Positions 62,571 to 64,000 of a stretch of 64,000 bases of DNA are shown here, piece after piece. The translations under genes and the position numbers were made by a program. How positions within the stretch are numbered: position 1 is the first letter of the stretch; each line of letters opens with the position of its first letter. This stretch comes from Candidatus Uhrbacteria bacterium (GTDB lineage Bacteria > Patescibacteriota > Patescibacteriia > GWA2-47-26), in the NCBI GenBank assembly GCA_016187515.1, contig JACPJN010000008.1, forward strand, positions 4,525 to 68,524, in the 5' to 3' direction. The notes below the pieces were generated by a model that worked only from the letters and a program-made list of their open reading frames with translations, did no database searches and was not told where the DNA came from.

Positions 62571-63401
62571 TTGCCAGAGGTCTATATGCGCGGGTACGCG
62601 CGGGCGACGCGAGCAGTAATCCTTTTTTGTATCGGCCTCCTCGCGATTTTTGGGTTGGGCCGATTGCGCGCGGAAAATTATCCGCTCGCGTTTTTACGCC
62701 GCGTAGTTGATCCCGGCGCTACTTTGGCGCTGCAGCTGAAACAGCGGGTGTTTACCGGCCTGCGAGCGCTTACTGCCGGACCGCGGCTGCAGGGCGAAAT
62801 AGATCTTTTGCGGCGTGAATTTGCGCAGGTCGCCCAAGAAAACGCCCGCCTCTTGGAGCTTCGCGAGGAAAATGCTCGTCTGCGCCGCGTACTCGATTTC
62901 CGCGAGAAAAATGAATTGCGCGTTAGTATCGCCCGGGTGGTGGGAAAAACGTCGGTCGGCGGAACAACGTTTTTTACCCTTAATCAAGGCGCGGATGACG
63001 GGATTGCCCCGGGTTTCGCGGTTCTCGCGGATCAGGTCTTTGTCGGCAAAATTGTCAAAGTGAATTCGCGCTGGAGTATTGCCGCGCCGCTTACCGCTCC
63101 CGGAATCCGCACCGCCGCGACGCTTTCGGGCCATGAAAAGAACGCCGGAATTTTGGAGGGTGAACTTAATCTCGGCGCGGTCCTGCGCTTTATTCCCAAG
63201 GATGTAACGGTGCGCGAGGGCACGCCGATTATGAGCTCCGGACTGGAAGAAAACGTTCCGCGCGGCCTGCTGATTGGGCTCGTGGAGCGCGTTCTGTCTC
63301 AAGAGCAGGATCTTTTTCAAACTGCTTATCTCAAAGTCCCGCTGCGCCTGGAAGACGCCGCGCTGGTTAGTGTGATTATCGCGCCGGCCGCCTCGCTATA
63401 G
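62571..63401 (+). CDS. mreC: rod shape-determining protein MreC
   Basis: N-terminal TM, coiled coil (LQGEIDLLRREFAQVAQENARLLELREENARLRRVL), C-terminal beta domain. Follows mreB. Confidence 0.7.
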   Translation: MPEVYMRGYARATRAVILFCIGLLAIFGLGRLRAENYPLAFLRRVVDPGATLALQLKQRVFTGLRALTAGPRLQGEIDLLRREFAQVAQENARLLELREENARLRRVLDFREKNELRVSIARVVGKTSVGGTTFFTLNQGADDGIAPGFAVLADQVFVGKIVKVNSRWSIAAPLTAPGIRTAATLSGHEKNAGILEGELNLGAVLRFIPKDVTVREGTPIMSSGLEENVPRGLLIGLVERVLSQEQDLFQTAYLKVPLRLEDAALVSVIIAPAASL

Positions 63402-63430
63402 AACTCCGGTGAATTATTAATTATTCAATT

Positions 63431-63952
63431 ATGCGAACTGTTCTCCGGCGCGCCGTATCCGGCCTCGGGCTCTTAATTATCGCCGGGGCCGTTTTAGCTC
63501 TGCTTAACAATCCGTACCTGAACGTCCCCGTGCTGTCGCTTATCGTGGTGCGGCTGATTGCCTCGCGATATTTCGCCCGCGTTTGGGCAATTTTGGTTGG
63601 CCTTATCGTGGAGATAAACTCGCCGTTTCCCGGACTGGTCTACGGAGTCAGCGTTCTTGCGGCCTACTTTTTCCTGGAAATATACGCGCTCCATTTCGTA
63701 AGCCGGCAGACCTTTCTGGGCGTCCTCATTTGCGGTTTGCTGACAGCAGCGGTCGCGGAAGCAACTATGCTGCTGCTGATATTTTTGAAAATCGGATCGC
63801 CCGCCGGATGGATTCCTCATCTGGATTGGGCGTATGGGATTTCCGCGCTTCGGCAGGGCGCGCTGACCTCCGGCGCGGCGGCGGTCATCGCGGTTTTTGG
63901 CATTCGCCGGTATTCTCCGCGTTTGCGGGGCACGGTGATTGCCAGTAGATAA
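63431..63952 (+). CDS. mreD: MreD-like membrane protein
   Basis: Small polytopic membrane protein immediately after mreC. Confidence 0.45.
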   Translation: MRTVLRRAVSGLGLLIIAGAVLALLNNPYLNVPVLSLIVVRLIASRYFARVWAILVGLIVEINSPFPGLVYGVSVLAAYFFLEIYALHFVSRQTFLGVLICGLLTAAVAEATMLLLIFLKIGSPAGWIPHLDWAYGISALRQGALTSGAAAVIAVFGIRRYSPRLRGTVIASR

Positions 63953-63968
63953 AAATGGATTTAGCCAT

Positions 63969-64000
63969 CCTGCAATTCCGCAGAATCGCAGACACCATAA
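63969..64000 (+). repeat. start of another S-element copy (CTGCAATTCCGCAGAATCGCAGAC..) truncated by the window end
   Basis: Matches the first 25 nt of S element copy 1 (28583-28607) with the palindromic core inverted. Confidence 0.4.

Overview
This 64 kb window looks like a CPR/Patescibacteria-type genome: small housekeeping operons, short intergenic regions, and many short GC-rich palindromic repeats. Calls rest on motif reading of the ORF track and the raw sequence; no searches were run.

Core content: a type IV pilus locus at 0.6-11.2 kb (pilM, pilN, pilO, pilB, a CheY-like regulator, pilC, two pilins, pilD and three pseudopilin-like genes). After it come ligA, a winged-helix/Cas2-like orphan, gatCA, lgt, a pentose-phosphate operon (zwf, 6PGDH, tal), dnaG-rpoD and tRNA-Asn(GTT). 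The 3' part holds an ECF sigma module, pcrA/uvrD, a cysteine desulfurase, thiI, rsmI, metG, cvpA, tatD, a GT2 glycosyltransferase, an ABC exporter, proS and mreBCD.

Two features stand out. First, an accessory island sits directly downstream of tRNA-Asn (about 28.1-41.2 kb). It opens with three cassette units. Each unit has a conserved hairpin-plus-promoter-like box ending in ATG, a ~170-230 nt structured repeat (S element), the box again, and then one toxin- or defence-like gene: an NYN nuclease, a zeta-toxin-like kinase, and RadC/JAB. The island continues with a YefM/RelE pair, a fused nuclease-methyltransferase plus S-subunit restriction system that carries an embedded unknown gene and a GIY-YIG protein, a direct-repeat-flanked orphan ORF, and a Panacea-type antitoxin with a RelE-fold toxin. 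Second, at least 15 copies of two related GC-rich palindromic element families (ATAACCCC...CCTTACCTTAAGGGGAGG.. and GACCCCCTCTAACTCCCCCTCGGAAAGGGGGAG..) are spread through the window. Many are inserted in frame, in the same orientation, inside essential genes (ligA, pcrA, cysteine desulfurase, thiI, metG three times, tatD, GT2, a membrane protein). They add 25-45 residue peptides such as HNPSQPPLTLRGG..PPLKVRGGRGSY, much like Rickettsia palindromic elements.

Other repeats and a roughly 400 nt GC-rich candidate ncRNA (minus strand, upstream of metG) are also reported.
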